This document shows positions 20,458 to 33,719 of a DNA stretch of 64,000 bases, in pieces (position 1 is the stretch's first letter; the number at the start of each line of letters is the position of its first letter). The position numbers were made by a program, and so were the translations under genes. The notes beneath the pieces are model-generated. The model ran no database searches. It saw only the letters and a program-made list of their open reading frames with translations, and was not told where the DNA came from. Location: contig CAVPXM010000021.1 in assembly GCA_963709405.1 (NCBI GenBank), positions 32,001 to 96,000 on the forward strand. The letters are read 5' to 3'. This DNA is from an uncultured Nitrososphaerales archaeon. GTDB taxonomy: Archaea > Thermoproteota > Nitrososphaeria > Nitrososphaerales > Nitrososphaeraceae.

Positions 20458-21882
20458 ATGGGTAGCAGGGAACTATATGATACTTTAGGACGATTTAGCG
20501 AAAGAATTAGACTTGCAGTTGAGAATGAGAAAAGTATAGCTATAATTACCTCTCTGAATTCGGATGGATTGTGTTCAGGTGGCATAGCTACGATATCCTT
20601 GCTTAGACTAGGAGGAAAGTGCTCTGTTCGTACTGTTGTAGATCTGACTGCTGATGTTCTGTCTGATCTAAAGTCCTCTGGATATGATCTATTCATACTC
20701 ATCGACCTTGGCATCAATATGGTCAGTAAACTTGATTCACTTGGCGTTAAGTGGCTCCTTATTAATCATCAAATTATGGGATATCAGCTAGAGGAAAAAT
20801 CGTATGATCATGTTATTAATTTAGATAGGTGCGGCATAGATGGCAATAAGGAAATTTCTTCCGGAGGACTGGCATATCTTCTTGCTATGGAATTAAATAA
20901 CAAGAATAAAGATCTCTCGACTCTCGCTGTTGTATCTGCCTTGGCAGAAAAGCAAGATATAGGTGAAAAAAGATCGTTTGTAGGAATCAATTCTGAAATA
21001 GTTAATTCGGCTCAATCAATTGGAGCGCTCAGCGTTAAGTCTGGCTTAATGATTACTGGGGAGACAAGTCCAATTCATGAAGCGATTGCCTGCAACTTGG
21101 CTCCATGTATAGATGGTTTAACTTGGAATTATGAAAATTCATATTCGTTGGTAAAAAACTCTGGGCTTCGAATGAAGAATAAGAATGGACAGTGGCGCAT
21201 ACTCGCGGAACTCGACCATGAAGAAAGAGGGATACTTACGGAGAATATTATAAAATTCATAGTTACCAGTACTACTTCCGGACTACCAGTAGCTGACGAT
21301 CTTACTGGTTACATTTATACTCTGAGAGAAGATCCGGAAACCTCTATTCGAGATGCGAGACAATTTGTGGAATTACTAAATGCATGTGCAAGTGCAAACA
21401 AGGGTGGAGTCGGCTTGGGGATTTGTATGGGCGACAGAAGAATTAGCTTGGATGAAGGAGAAATGATATTTTTAGGTTATAAATCTGCTTTAAAGGAGAA
21501 TTTGTCCAGAATTTTTTCAGAGAGATGGCGCTTGAACGACTATGGAAATTGCGTAATTGTTTCTGGAGAGGGAGCTGTACATGAGACCATGATTGATTCA
21601 GTTTGTTCATTTCTGATGGAGTGTTTAACATTCAATGGTAAGCTCCTTTTGGTAAGAACGATAACCAAAGACAATACACATTATAAATTTTCTGTGATGA
21701 AGGGATTTAAATGTAAATTTCCATCTATTATTGGAGATCTGGTGAAAAATTGTTCTGAAGCGGTAGGAGGAGTCGCATGGGGCAGACCGAACTCAGCTAT
21801 ATGCGAGATTCCCATAATGAGATTAGAGGAATTCATGACATCCATTAGAAAACGGATTGGAGATACAAAATTTGAAGAGTAA
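20458..21882 (+). CDS. DHH/RecJ-like phosphoesterase-fold protein with degenerate motifs
   Basis: Lies in the usual position after rps15. Motifs NSDG, IDLG, NHQ (for DHH), EISSGGLAY and DARQFVELLNAC. Confidence 0.82.
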   Translation: MGSRELYDTLGRFSERIRLAVENEKSIAIITSLNSDGLCSGGIATISLLRLGGKCSVRTVVDLTADVLSDLKSSGYDLFILIDLGINMVSKLDSLGVKWLLINHQIMGYQLEEKSYDHVINLDRCGIDGNKEISSGGLAYLLAMELNNKNKDLSTLAVVSALAEKQDIGEKRSFVGINSEIVNSAQSIGALSVKSGLMITGETSPIHEAIACNLAPCIDGLTWNYENSYSLVKNSGLRMKNKNGQWRILAELDHEERGILTENIIKFIVTSTTSGLPVADDLTGYIYTLREDPETSIRDARQFVELLNACASANKGGVGLGICMGDRRISLDEGEMIFLGYKSALKENLSRIFSERWRLNDYGNCVIVSGEGAVHETMIDSVCSFLMECLTFNGKLLLVRTITKDNTHYKFSVMKGFKCKFPSIIGDLVKNCSEAVGGVAWGRPNSAICEIPIMRLEEFMTSIRKRIGDTKFEE

Positions 21883-22126
21883 AGTCGAAATTCGGATTCG
21901 TCTACAGATAAAATTCAAAATAGCATCAGAGTTATGTGCTGTAATGAATTCGCTAATGCCAGACAATATCGACTGTCCGGATGGATTGTCCGTAGAAATG
22001 TATGGGAAGTCTAACTGCCTCGTATTCGACATATCATGCAAAAGAGAAATTTGTGTCATAATAAACACTGTCGACGAAATTCTGAGTCATATCACAATGG
22101 CGAGACACGTGATCTCCAATGCTTGA
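21857..22126 (+). CDS. pcc1: KEOPS complex subunit Pcc1
   Basis: 89 aa with SLMPDNIDCP...INTVDEILSHI, in the conserved position after the DHH gene. Confidence 0.75.
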   Translation: MEIQNLKSKVEIRIRLQIKFKIASELCAVMNSLMPDNIDCPDGLSVEMYGKSNCLVFDISCKREICVIINTVDEILSHITMARHVISNA

Positions 22127-23387
22127 CACAAAACTACTAAGGAATCCGAATTTAATAAAAGACCTAATCGGTAAGAGAAATCTAGAATTTCCATTGCAGG
22201 AATTGCTGCTATTGGACTCACGGAGGAGAGAGCTGAACCTTAGAGTAGATGAAATTAGACATAAGAAAAATATTCTAATCAACCAGATTTCGATGAAAAA
22301 GAAGGGGGATAGAGATACTTTAGAAGAAATAAAACTGATGAAAGAAACTAGTAACAATCTATCTAATCTCGAAGCTGAAAAATCAGAACTTGACACAAAA
22401 TTTAAGCGATTAATGATGCTCCTACCTAATTTGATATTAGATTCCGTCCCTATAGGGAAGAATGAATCAGATAATGTAATGGTAAGATCTCATGGAACAA
22501 TTAGGAAGCTAAATTTTCAAGGTAAAGACCATGTCGATTTAAGTACTACTCTTGATCTGGTCGATTTCGAAAGAGCGGCCAAAGTTGCCGGCGCTAGATT
22601 TTACTTTCTGAAGAACGATTTGGTCCTGTTGAATCAGGCGTTAATACGGATGGCATTAGATTTCTTGTCGGACAAATCTTACACTCTTTTGCAGCCTCCC
22701 TACATGATTCGAAAGGAAGCTATGGAAGGCGCGGTAATGCTTGGAGATTTCGAACAAGTCATTTACAAAATTGAGAATGAGGATCTTTACATGATAGGAA
22801 CGTCGGAACACGCCATTGCTTCAATGCATATGAATGAGATCCTTGATGGTAGTAAACTTCCGATACGATACGGGGCAATTAGTCCTTGCTTCAGAAAGGA
22901 AGCCGGAGCCCATGGAAAGGATATGAAAGGCATATTTAGGGTTCATCAATTTGAAAAGGTTGAGCAATTTGTCTACTCACGCCCCGAAGAGTCTGAAAAG
23001 CAGCACGACATCATGTTGGCAATCAGCGAAGCGTTCTACGAACAATTGGGAATTCCAACACGTACAATGTTACTGTGTTCAGGTGATTTGGGAAAGACGT
23101 CTGCGAAAACATTTGACGTCGAAGCATGGATGCCTGGTCAAAATGCCTATCGTGAAATAGTCTCATGTTCTAATTGTATAGATTATCAAGCTAGAGGGCT
23201 GCATATACGATTCAGAGATAGGCCAAATGATGAGACGAAGCTGGTCCACACATTAAATAGCACGCTAGTTGCTACGGAGCGATGCATGGTAGCAATAATT
23301 GAGAACTATCAAACAGATAGGGGCACAATTGAAGTTCCAGACGCCCTTAGAAAATATATGAACGATCTTAAAGAAATTGAGTTATAA
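22119..23387 (+). CDS. serS: seryl-tRNA synthetase
   Basis: MLDTKLLR, GARFYFLK, GTSEH, FRKEAG, FRVHQFEKVEQF, EIVSCSNC, HTLNST. Confidence 0.98.
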   Translation: MLDTKLLRNPNLIKDLIGKRNLEFPLQELLLLDSRRRELNLRVDEIRHKKNILINQISMKKKGDRDTLEEIKLMKETSNNLSNLEAEKSELDTKFKRLMMLLPNLILDSVPIGKNESDNVMVRSHGTIRKLNFQGKDHVDLSTTLDLVDFERAAKVAGARFYFLKNDLVLLNQALIRMALDFLSDKSYTLLQPPYMIRKEAMEGAVMLGDFEQVIYKIENEDLYMIGTSEHAIASMHMNEILDGSKLPIRYGAISPCFRKEAGAHGKDMKGIFRVHQFEKVEQFVYSRPEESEKQHDIMLAISEAFYEQLGIPTRTMLLCSGDLGKTSAKTFDVEAWMPGQNAYREIVSCSNCIDYQARGLHIRFRDRPNDETKLVHTLNSTLVATERCMVAIIENYQTDRGTIEVPDALRKYMNDLKEIEL

Positions 23388-23509
23388 TAACCAGAACGAA
23401 ACTAGCCGATGCCATCATGATGAATTATGTTCCAGCAGCCTTGAATTGACGTCTGCGTAAAATACCATTGACAAGAAAGCGAAAATAAAAGATAGGAAAA
23501 ATAAAGTTG

Positions 23510-24067
23510 TTAGATGACTTGCCAGGGTCGAGTAGCGAAGGTTACACCTAATCCAGCGCCGATAAGAATTACTTGGTAGGCCACATTGCCCCATGGAACA
23601 GGCTTAAGTATTGCAGGGCCAGTTACTTGAACTGTTTGACCCGGACCGAGGCCTGGCCCAATGTGTTCAATATTCAGTTGAGTGTGAACGTGGTATGTGC
23701 CAGGTTCCAATGCCTTTACTGTTATTGAGTACGGAACGTTTGCTCCCGCGGGAATATCAAATATGTTGCCTGGAGGATCTCTAGACATAAATTCCCATCT
23801 ATTCCCTGCATTTGTCGACTCACTAAATAGGGACAACCATGCTCTGAGAGGCCGATTAACTAGACTCTGAAGCGTACCAGTGACAGTTAGTGTATCACCT
23901 GTATGCAAGGTTTGAGCTGAAAAGGATTCATCAGCTATCCTAACAAATCTACTCTGTAACTGAGCCTGTACTCCGTGTGCATGCGCTGTTGGCAAGTATG
24001 CCAATAGCGTAGACAAAACTGTCGCCGCAACGAGAGACGTCACTATATACGTCTTGCACTTGATCAT
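23510..24067 (-). CDS. amoB: archaeal ammonia monooxygenase subunit B
   Basis: Signal peptide, then AHGVQAQLQSRFVRI, NAGNRWEF, YHVHTQLN, GPGLGPG and TRPWQVI. Confidence 0.97.
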   Translation of the reverse strand: MIKCKTYIVTSLVAATVLSTLLAYLPTAHAHGVQAQLQSRFVRIADESFSAQTLHTGDTLTVTGTLQSLVNRPLRAWLSLFSESTNAGNRWEFMSRDPPGNIFDIPAGANVPYSITVKALEPGTYHVHTQLNIEHIGPGLGPGQTVQVTGPAILKPVPWGNVAYQVILIGAGLGVTFATRPWQVI

Positions 24068-24101
24068 GCCTTTGTATCTAGCGGTACCAGTAGACACAAA
24101 G

Positions 24102-24109
24102 ATATATAT
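24102..24109 (-). promoter_or_regulatory. TATA box of amoB
   Basis: AAAATATATATC on the minus strand ~35 nt upstream of ATG 24067. Confidence 0.5.
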
Positions 24110-24705
24110 TTTGCTGTGATGCCCTGGCGTTTATCAACTTGACTTAGGGCGCAAACCTCGCATCGTGGTAAATAAATGTAGCTTTCGGATCGAGTTATGC
24201 AAATATTTCTCATATAATCGTAGCTTTTTTCATGCTTACTTTTCAGCAGTCTAAAGCTTTCTGTTCATTTGGGTAAACAAAATCAAAGTCATATAGGTTT
24301 GTGCAGGTTTACTAGAGCAAGACAAATCGATTTGAGAACAGATCTCTAACTAATCCGAGAAGGTAAGATATTGTCTAAATATAGGCCGAAATATTACAAT
24401 CTTGTAATTAGAAGGTCTGTAAAAATTTTTCAAAATTCTAGGTTCGAGGCTATGAGATTTCATTTTACGTTAGATGGAATTGATATGAGGGATGTTCGCA
24501 CTCCATCGATTTCTAATACCAAACGATGCGAGTTCGAACTAAAAAGTTGACAATAACTATATCATTCAAATATGATATCAGGGGTAAATGTGATACAAGA
24601 ATATCGAACATACAATGCTAGTTACTGTGTATACGGACACAACGAGTTTAGTAGCTATAAAATACATATGTTAGTTCTGATGAAACCGCAATAGCAATAG
24701 CAAAA

Positions 24706-24713
24706 TTTAAAAA
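24706..24713 (+). promoter_or_regulatory. TATA box of amoX (leaderless)
   Basis: TTTAAAAA 25 nt upstream of ATG 24738, preceded by GCAATAGCAATAGCAA. Confidence 0.55.
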
Positions 24714-24737
24714 GGTATTGTCTTAATAATACATCAA

Positions 24738-25031
24738 ATGACATTACCGAAGGGATGGGGCACAGGTGGAAGGAGAGGCGAAAGCAGAGACGATGTTGAA
24801 AAGATGATAGGACGCAGAGTCGAGAATATGGCTCCCATATTCATCCTAGGATTTGTGCTGTGTTGGGTTGCTACTGCTGGAGGTGTATATGTGGGTGTTA
24901 CAATATATCCATGGGCATATCCGTTGCCTAGCGGCGTGTATGCGTTGTCTGTTTTGACTGTCATCGAAGGATTGGGATTCCTCTTCATAATGAAGATTAG
25001 TCGCGAGAAGCTTGGTTATGCATCATACTAG
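24738..25031 (+). CDS. amoX: ammonia monooxygenase subunit X
   Basis: LPKGWG, DVEKMIGRRVENM and YPWAYP, two TM helices, directly upstream of amoA. Confidence 0.92.
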   Translation: MTLPKGWGTGGRRGESRDDVEKMIGRRVENMAPIFILGFVLCWVATAGGVYVGVTIYPWAYPLPSGVYALSVLTVIEGLGFLFIMKISREKLGYASY

Positions 25032-25187
25032 GATATAAGATTCCTTATTTGATGGGTTGTGCAATTACCATATTTTCTATGAGATTTCTCACTTCTTTTT
25101 TCTAATTTTTACCGCTTTCTGGAACGTTATTTATGCAAGAGCCGATTTATCACTTATTAAATAACATGCAATTAGACTGTTCATAAA

Positions 25188-25197
25188 TTTTATATAT
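25188..25197 (+). promoter_or_regulatory. TATA box of amoA (leaderless)
   Basis: TTTTATATAT ~23 nt upstream of ATG 25220. Confidence 0.6.
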
Positions 25198-25219
25198 TAC
25201 CTATCTTAGTACGTTACTA

Positions 25220-25870
25220 ATGGTCTGGCTTCGACGCACAACGCACTATCTGTTTATAGTAGTAGTTGCTGTAAACAGCACACTATTGACTATTAATGCT
25301 GGAGACTATATATTCTACACTGATTGGGCATGGACGTCATTCGTAGTATTCTCTATCTCTCAATCGACAATGCTTGTGGTAGGGGCAATATACTATATGC
25401 TATTTACAGGAGTGCCGGGTACGGCTACTTATTATGCAACCATTATGACGATATATACGTGGGTTGCAAAGGGCGCCTGGTTTGCATTAGGATACCCATA
25501 CGACTTCGTTACAGTACCGGTTTGGATACCTTCAGCAATGTTATTAGACCTGACATATTGGGCAACGAGAAGGAATAAACACGCCGCTATAATCATAGGC
25601 GGGACACTCGTAGGTTTATCTCTTCCAATGTTCAATATGATCAACCTTCTACTGATTAGAGATCCACTAGAGGTAGCTTTCAAGTATCCTCGTCCAACAC
25701 TACCGCCGTACATGACTCCCATCGAGCCTCAGGTCGGGAAGTTCTACAACAGTCCCGTAGCCTTAGGAGCAGGCGCAGGAGCAGTGCTATCAGTGCCAAT
25801 TGCAGCATTGGGTGCTAAACTAAACACGTGGACATATAGATGGATGGCCGCGTGGAGTAAGTGGGATTAA
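25220..25870 (+). CDS. amoA: archaeal ammonia monooxygenase subunit A
   Basis: MVWLRRTTHYLF...AGDYIFYTDWAW...WTYRWMAAWSKWD, 216 aa. Confidence 0.99.
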   Translation: MVWLRRTTHYLFIVVVAVNSTLLTINAGDYIFYTDWAWTSFVVFSISQSTMLVVGAIYYMLFTGVPGTATYYATIMTIYTWVAKGAWFALGYPYDFVTVPVWIPSAMLLDLTYWATRRNKHAAIIIGGTLVGLSLPMFNMINLLLIRDPLEVAFKYPRPTLPPYMTPIEPQVGKFYNSPVALGAGAGAVLSVPIAALGAKLNTWTYRWMAAWSKWD

Positions 25871-25884
25871 GCTTCCCAACCTAA

Positions 25885-25897
25885 TTTTCTTTTTTTT
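25885..25897 (+). terminator. oligo-T terminator after amoA
   Basis: TTTTCTTTTTTTT 15 nt after the stop codon. Confidence 0.55.
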
Positions 25898-26240
25898 GAA
25901 GGGTTTTTGTTCGAAATTCATTTTGTCTTATATTTTAGCAATGGATTACATGTTTACATATTCGAGTCATGAATCTAGCATAGTAAACCTAGGTAAACTA
26001 CGGGTAATTTCATAAGATAATTCCTAAATTCTAATCTAGTTTAAATTCACATTCAATCACAATTGATTATGGAATATGAACGATTAATCTTGATACTTCA
26101 TTCACTCGAACCCTGACTAGTCATTGAATTACATCTAAATTGTACTTGGCCAGGCACTATTCAAATCCACGAGGTTATAAAAGAACCTTGCTTAGTACCT
26201 AATGCTAAATGCTATCCTAGACTGATTATGGTACAGTAAT

Positions 26241-29160
<2,920 letters not shown>

Positions 29161-29215
29161 GTATATAATTTTGAATTTTTCTTGCTTTTAATGCTTTAGT
29201 ATTGGAGAATACTAT

Positions 29216-29362
29216 TCATCCTCCTCCAGTAACAGCATCATATAAACAGCATTCGCAATTATCAAGTTCTCCGCAGTATGGGCATGCGCACATACACGCT
29301 TCCATTGAATTTCCACAATATTCGCATAAAGTTCCGTCGCTAGTAGATGTCTTTTCGTTCAT
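29216..29362 (-). CDS. 48-aa Cys-rich small protein
   Basis: Manual translation MNEKTSTSDGTLCEYCGNSMEACMCACPYCGELDNCECCLYDAVTGGG (9 Cys). Lies 55 nt upstream of the OOR alpha gene on the same strand. Confidence 0.75.
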   Translation of the reverse strand: MNEKTSTSDGTLCEYCGNSMEACMCACPYCGELDNCECCLYDAVTGGG

Positions 29363-29540
29363 AATGCATCGATCTTAATGTCTTGTGCACTCACCGCTAT
29401 TATAGTTTATAAACTCAGTGTAATACTTCGATGTCCCTCAACTTCATAGTCTTCTAAATGTGATGGGTTACGGATTACTCTGATTTATCCTCTCCTGAAA
29501 AAAACTAATATCTATATAAGTGTTCTAAGAACAGATTCTT

Positions 29541-30497
29541 ATGGTAATTTCTGTTGCCCAGCAGCAACCAGTGGGGACAAGATTAGATGAGATTGAAAAG
29601 TCAAAAATCATTCGTGGTACTGTCCTAGTAAAGCGCGGTTTTGCGCGCATGCAAAAACATGGTGTAATTATGGACATAACTAATGCTGAACAAGCTCGGA
29701 TTGCTGAGGATGCTGGGGCTGTAGCCGTTATGGTACTGGACAAGTTACCATACGACGTAAGAAAAATGGGCGGCGTTGCAAGAACAGCAAGTGTGAATGT
29801 CATACAGGAAATTATTGATACCGTCACTATTCCAATAATGGCAAAATGTAGAATTGGCCATGTCTCCGAAGCAGATCTTCTCCAAGCGATTGGTGTCGAC
29901 ATGATAGACGAGAGTGAGGTTTTGACACCAGCAGATGAAGAACGACATATATGGAAATGGGAGTACACAACGCCCTTTGTGAACGGCGCAAAAAATCTCG
30001 GTGAGGCATTACGAAGGATCGAGGAAGGTTGCGCGATGATTAGAACCAAAGGTGAGCCCGGCACCGGCAATGTTGCGGAAGCAGTTTCACACATAAAATT
30101 AGTCAATAATGAGGTTCGGAGGATCAAATCTTTACACGGAGATGAGCAAGAATTAATGATTGCAGCAAGGGAGATGAAGGCCTCTTTTTTTCTAGTGGAA
30201 GAGACTGCTCGTCTTGGTAGATTGCCAGTTGTTAATTTCGCTGCAGGAGGTATTTCAACTCCAGCAGATGCAGCCTTTCTTATGAATTTGGGTTGTGATG
30301 GCGTGTTCGTCGGATCTGGAATTTTTAAAGCGAATGATGCATGTCAAAGGGCAAGAGCTATTGTTCTTGCCACTGCGCACTATGACGATACCAAGATTGT
30401 TGCTGAGGCACAAAGTATGATTGATGAAAGAAAATCAATGCTTGGGCTTGATACAAAAAATCTTGACCTGAGGATGCAGGAAAGAGGACCATTTTGA
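29541..30497 (+). CDS. pdxS: pyridoxal 5'-phosphate synthase lyase subunit
   Basis: [59 protein letters not shown]. Confidence 0.97.
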   Translation: MVISVAQQQPVGTRLDEIEKSKIIRGTVLVKRGFARMQKHGVIMDITNAEQARIAEDAGAVAVMVLDKLPYDVRKMGGVARTASVNVIQEIIDTVTIPIMAKCRIGHVSEADLLQAIGVDMIDESEVLTPADEERHIWKWEYTTPFVNGAKNLGEALRRIEEGCAMIRTKGEPGTGNVAEAVSHIKLVNNEVRRIKSLHGDEQELMIAAREMKASFFLVEETARLGRLPVVNFAAGGISTPADAAFLMNLGCDGVFVGSGIFKANDACQRARAIVLATAHYDDTKIVAEAQSMIDERKSMLGLDTKNLDLRMQERGPF

Positions 30498-31111
30498 AGA
30501 ATTCTATTAAAATTGGGGTTCTGGGTATACAGGGTGACATCGAAGAAAATGTCTCATGTACCATATCCGCATTAAAGAGAGCTAGACGACGGGGAGAAAT
30601 CAAAGTAGTACGCCACTCTGAGGAGATTGAAAACCTGGACGGCTTGATCATACCTGGTGGTGAAAGTACTGTGATGAGCTCACTTATCTCAACCCAGGAA
30701 AATGTCTTTCAATCCATCAAGAGACGCATCTCAGAAGGTATGTCTGTAATGGGTATATGCGCGGGTATGATATTGCTTTCTAGAAGAGCTTATGATAGAG
30801 TTATAGGCGAAACAAAACAGAATTTACTATCCGTCTTGGATATAGTTGTAGAAAGGAATGCCTTTGGTAGACAAAATGAGTCTTTTGAAACCTATTTGAA
30901 GATACCACTAATTGGTAAAACCAAATTTAAGGCCATCTTTATACGAGCGCCGATCGTAACAGAGATAGGTGCCGGAGTGGATGTCGTAGCAAAGTTTGAC
31001 GAGAAGATCGTTGCTGTGAAACAGAACAATATCATTGCCACTGCTTTTCACCCGGAATTGATTGATGACAAGCTTCACACTTTGTTTATAAAAAGTGTCT
31101 CTCAGGTTTAA
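30494..31111 (+). CDS. pdxT: PLP synthase glutaminase subunit
   Basis: [35 protein letters not shown]. Confidence 0.97.
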   Translation: MKNSIKIGVLGIQGDIEENVSCTISALKRARRRGEIKVVRHSEEIENLDGLIIPGGESTVMSSLISTQENVFQSIKRRISEGMSVMGICAGMILLSRRAYDRVIGETKQNLLSVLDIVVERNAFGRQNESFETYLKIPLIGKTKFKAIFIRAPIVTEIGAGVDVVAKFDEKIVAVKQNNIIATAFHPELIDDKLHTLFIKSVSQV

Positions 31112-31146
31112 CAATCATGATGTGGATTCCACGATCAACTAAATGA

Positions 31147-31267
31147 TGCGGGGGGTGGGATTCGAACCCACGAACCGCTAAAGGACGGGATAACCCATTT
31201 CTTAAGATCTTAAGTCCCGCGTCTCCAATTTATTAAATTATATTTGGCCGGGCTCTACAACCCCCGC
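31147..31267 (-). tRNA. tRNA-Leu(UAA) with two BHB introns (31223-31241 in the D-arm; 31192-31208 at 37/38)
   Basis: The minus strand reads GCGGGGGTTGTAGAGCCCGGCCAAAT[19 nt]ACGCGGGACTTAAG[17 nt]ATCCCGTCC...GGTTCGAATCCCACCCCCCGCA. The BHB helices are CCAA/TTGG and CTTA/TGGG. Confidence 0.9.
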
Positions 31268-31574
31268 ATGGTATCCAAATTATTGACGACTACGTAATTA
31301 AACCTTAAGTTATGGGCCATTCTGCAGGATAATGGGTGGGTTGAGGATAAACCTACATAATTTACTCTGTGTTCGGCGTATCAGATTTCGCGTGTCGTTG
31401 ACTCATTCAGATCATTTGACCACTATCAAGATTAGATCTCGTGGTTACCTCATTTTACTCCTCGTAAAGTTGCATCCTGACCTAGTACGACTGATAATAC
31501 GGACTTGACCGTCTTTCAATCGGCTAGAGTATGACAACATTAATGAAGCCCTGATGTCATGTAGAAATCTTGTT

Positions 31575-31648
31575 GCCTTGGTAGCTCAGTATGGTAGAGC
31601 GTTGCCTTGGTAAGGCAAAGGTCCCGGGTCCAAATCCCGGCCAAGGCT
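31575..31648 (+). tRNA. tRNA-Thr(GGU)
   Basis: Acceptor stem GCCTTGG/CCAAGGC, anticodon arm TTGCC TTGGTAA GGCAA, T-arm CCGGG TCCAAAT CCCGG. Confidence 0.93.
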
Positions 31649-32143
31649 TTCATGTTTGATTCAGATCTGCAACGCTATTAGCCGAAAACTCAAAGTCTAT
31701 AGCTATTATCTTCTTTTAATTAATAGAGAACCAGTTTTCTGAATGATAAAATTGAGTCAATGATTAATCGTCATACTTTATTCTAGATTTGCATATCCAA
31801 ATGCATTTTAGTAACTTTTAATAACTTTTAACAATCTTCTATGATGACCAGATGAATAGGTCAAGGATTCTATTTGTATAAAAGTGTAGGCAAAAACTAC
31901 CGTTGTTTTAAATGCATTGTGATACTTGTGATACTTTAAGACGCAACGGTTTCATACTTTCAGAATATAATGGACATCGTGGTAAGCAACATTAAGCTAA
32001 TGGTGTATTTTTTGGTAGTTCTTAAAACGGGTAACTAGATAAGATATCAAACTCTTATCCTTTTACTCTCAGGAATATGTTAAAGCGCATTAAAAACATT
32101 GACTTGCTCTAATGTTTATGCGGTTTCATATTCCATTTACGTC

Positions 32144-32600
32144 TTACTCCTTACTAACATCTTTCATAGACTCGATTATTCTTGCATTGACATCGTCTAT
32201 GTCTAGGTTTTCCTTTAAGTATTCTACAAAATCACTTGAGCTGATTATACCCACAGGCTTGCTTGTGTCATTATCTCGGACTACAAGCAAGTGCCTGACC
32301 TTATTCTGCAGCATTATGTCAGCTGCTACTTCTATTTGTGAATTCGCATCAATAGTTACTATGGATGAAGACATTATATGTTGAACCATGGTATGTTTAC
32401 TGCTGGCGTCATGAACACATATTCTCGATACTAAATCTCGATCAGTTACCATTCCTATCGCCGTATCATTGTCATCAATTACTACCAACGAGCTAATTGC
32501 TTTATCGTTCATCCTTTTTGCTGCCTTCCTGAGCTGTAGCTGAGGCTTTAATGGTTTCTAACTTTTGAGTCATTAATTCTGCGATCGAAGTTGTGGCCAT
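32144..32600 (-). CDS. CBS-domain pair protein; 1-nt insertion near 32526
   Basis: MATTSIAELMTQKLETIKASATAQE/AAKRMNDKAISSLVV...GMVTDRD...IMS...VRHLLV...GIISSSDF. Confidence 0.88.
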
Positions 32601-33036
32601 ACCTCAGAATCTGGGAAGCCGTTGTCTATATAAAGATTGGCAATTGGCTGATCCCTAGACTCTAAGTGATTTATGAGGTTCATTCACCTGCTATCATTGT
32701 CCTCCGCTACTCGATTTGAATGTCTTTTCTAGTATTAAATCGAGATGATCCTATGAGCCCCATTGCAACGCACTAAACGATACGAATTATCTATGATGTG
32801 AGTAAGGATTCTAGAATTACATTCAGAAATTGAACTTAACAGGATCATTTCTGGTTGAATTGAGTTAGCTAAGAAGGTATGCTTTCTAATAGTGGTACGC
32901 CTCTAATAGACTTGATCGCAAAATTAAATATATTTTTGTAATATTTACAATTCTTACATATTAGGGTAACTTAAAGGGGACAAAATGGGCTCGCCGTATA
33001 GCTATTCTTATATTTAAGCATGAGAAATCATACAAA

Positions 33037-33270
33037 TTGGTAATACAGGCTTATTGTGTAAAGTGTAAATCCAAACGAGACATGAAAGATGACAAGCAAA
33101 TAACGATGAAGAATGGACGACAAGCCATTACTGGAATCTGTACAACATGTGGTACTAAGATGTTCAAAATAGGCGGTGGAAGCACTAAAGTGGCCGCGAA
33201 GGTAAAGCCTACAAGCAAGAAACCAGTAAAAAAGGCTACGAAGACGAAAACGAAGAGTAAAAGGAAATAG
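33037..33270 (+). CDS. DUF5679-type Zn-ribbon protein with Lys-rich tail
   Basis: AYCVKCK..RDM...MKNGR.AITGICTTCGTKMFKIG, followed by a K/T/A-rich tail. TATA TTTAAG upstream. Confidence 0.8.
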   Translation: MVIQAYCVKCKSKRDMKDDKQITMKNGRQAITGICTTCGTKMFKIGGGSTKVAAKVKPTSKKPVKKATKTKTKSKRK

Positions 33271-33719
33271 TTATTTTCTGTTTTACTTTGGTTAGGTCGG
33301 TCACCATTCGTTCATTCTAACCTATTTTTAGCTAGCTTATTAGCACTCATTGAATGGCTACAACAGCCAGTTAAAACCAGATTCCAAATATATAACACGC
33401 ATTATTATAAAGAATTCGAGTTTGATGTTGTTCTCAATTTCACGCTTTATTCGGGCAATTCCATCTCGGAGATTTATCTGGTCTTTTAGGCACCTAATCA
33501 GGCAGACTTTATACTTCGATTTATTCTAATCTAACATGATTGTCATCTGAGTCAGATCAAGCTCGCTAGCGTCTATATCTGCTAACAATAGTACTGATTA
33601 ATTTCGAGGTAGATAGAATATAATTGGCATATTTTTATGGGACTTACATAACTTATAGAATAGTTATCTACTACGAATCTGATCAAGGCCCATTACCACT
33701 TGGTTTAGCTGTTCCCAAG

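Noticed and set aside
21857-22126. Absence of rps3ae after pcc1
   Set aside because: Gene order varies among archaea and cannot be judged from this window.
29525-30127. 200-aa antisense ORF over pdxS (also 43533..44144 over lysJ and many other shadow ORFs)
   Set aside because: These are antisense shadows of well-supported genes.
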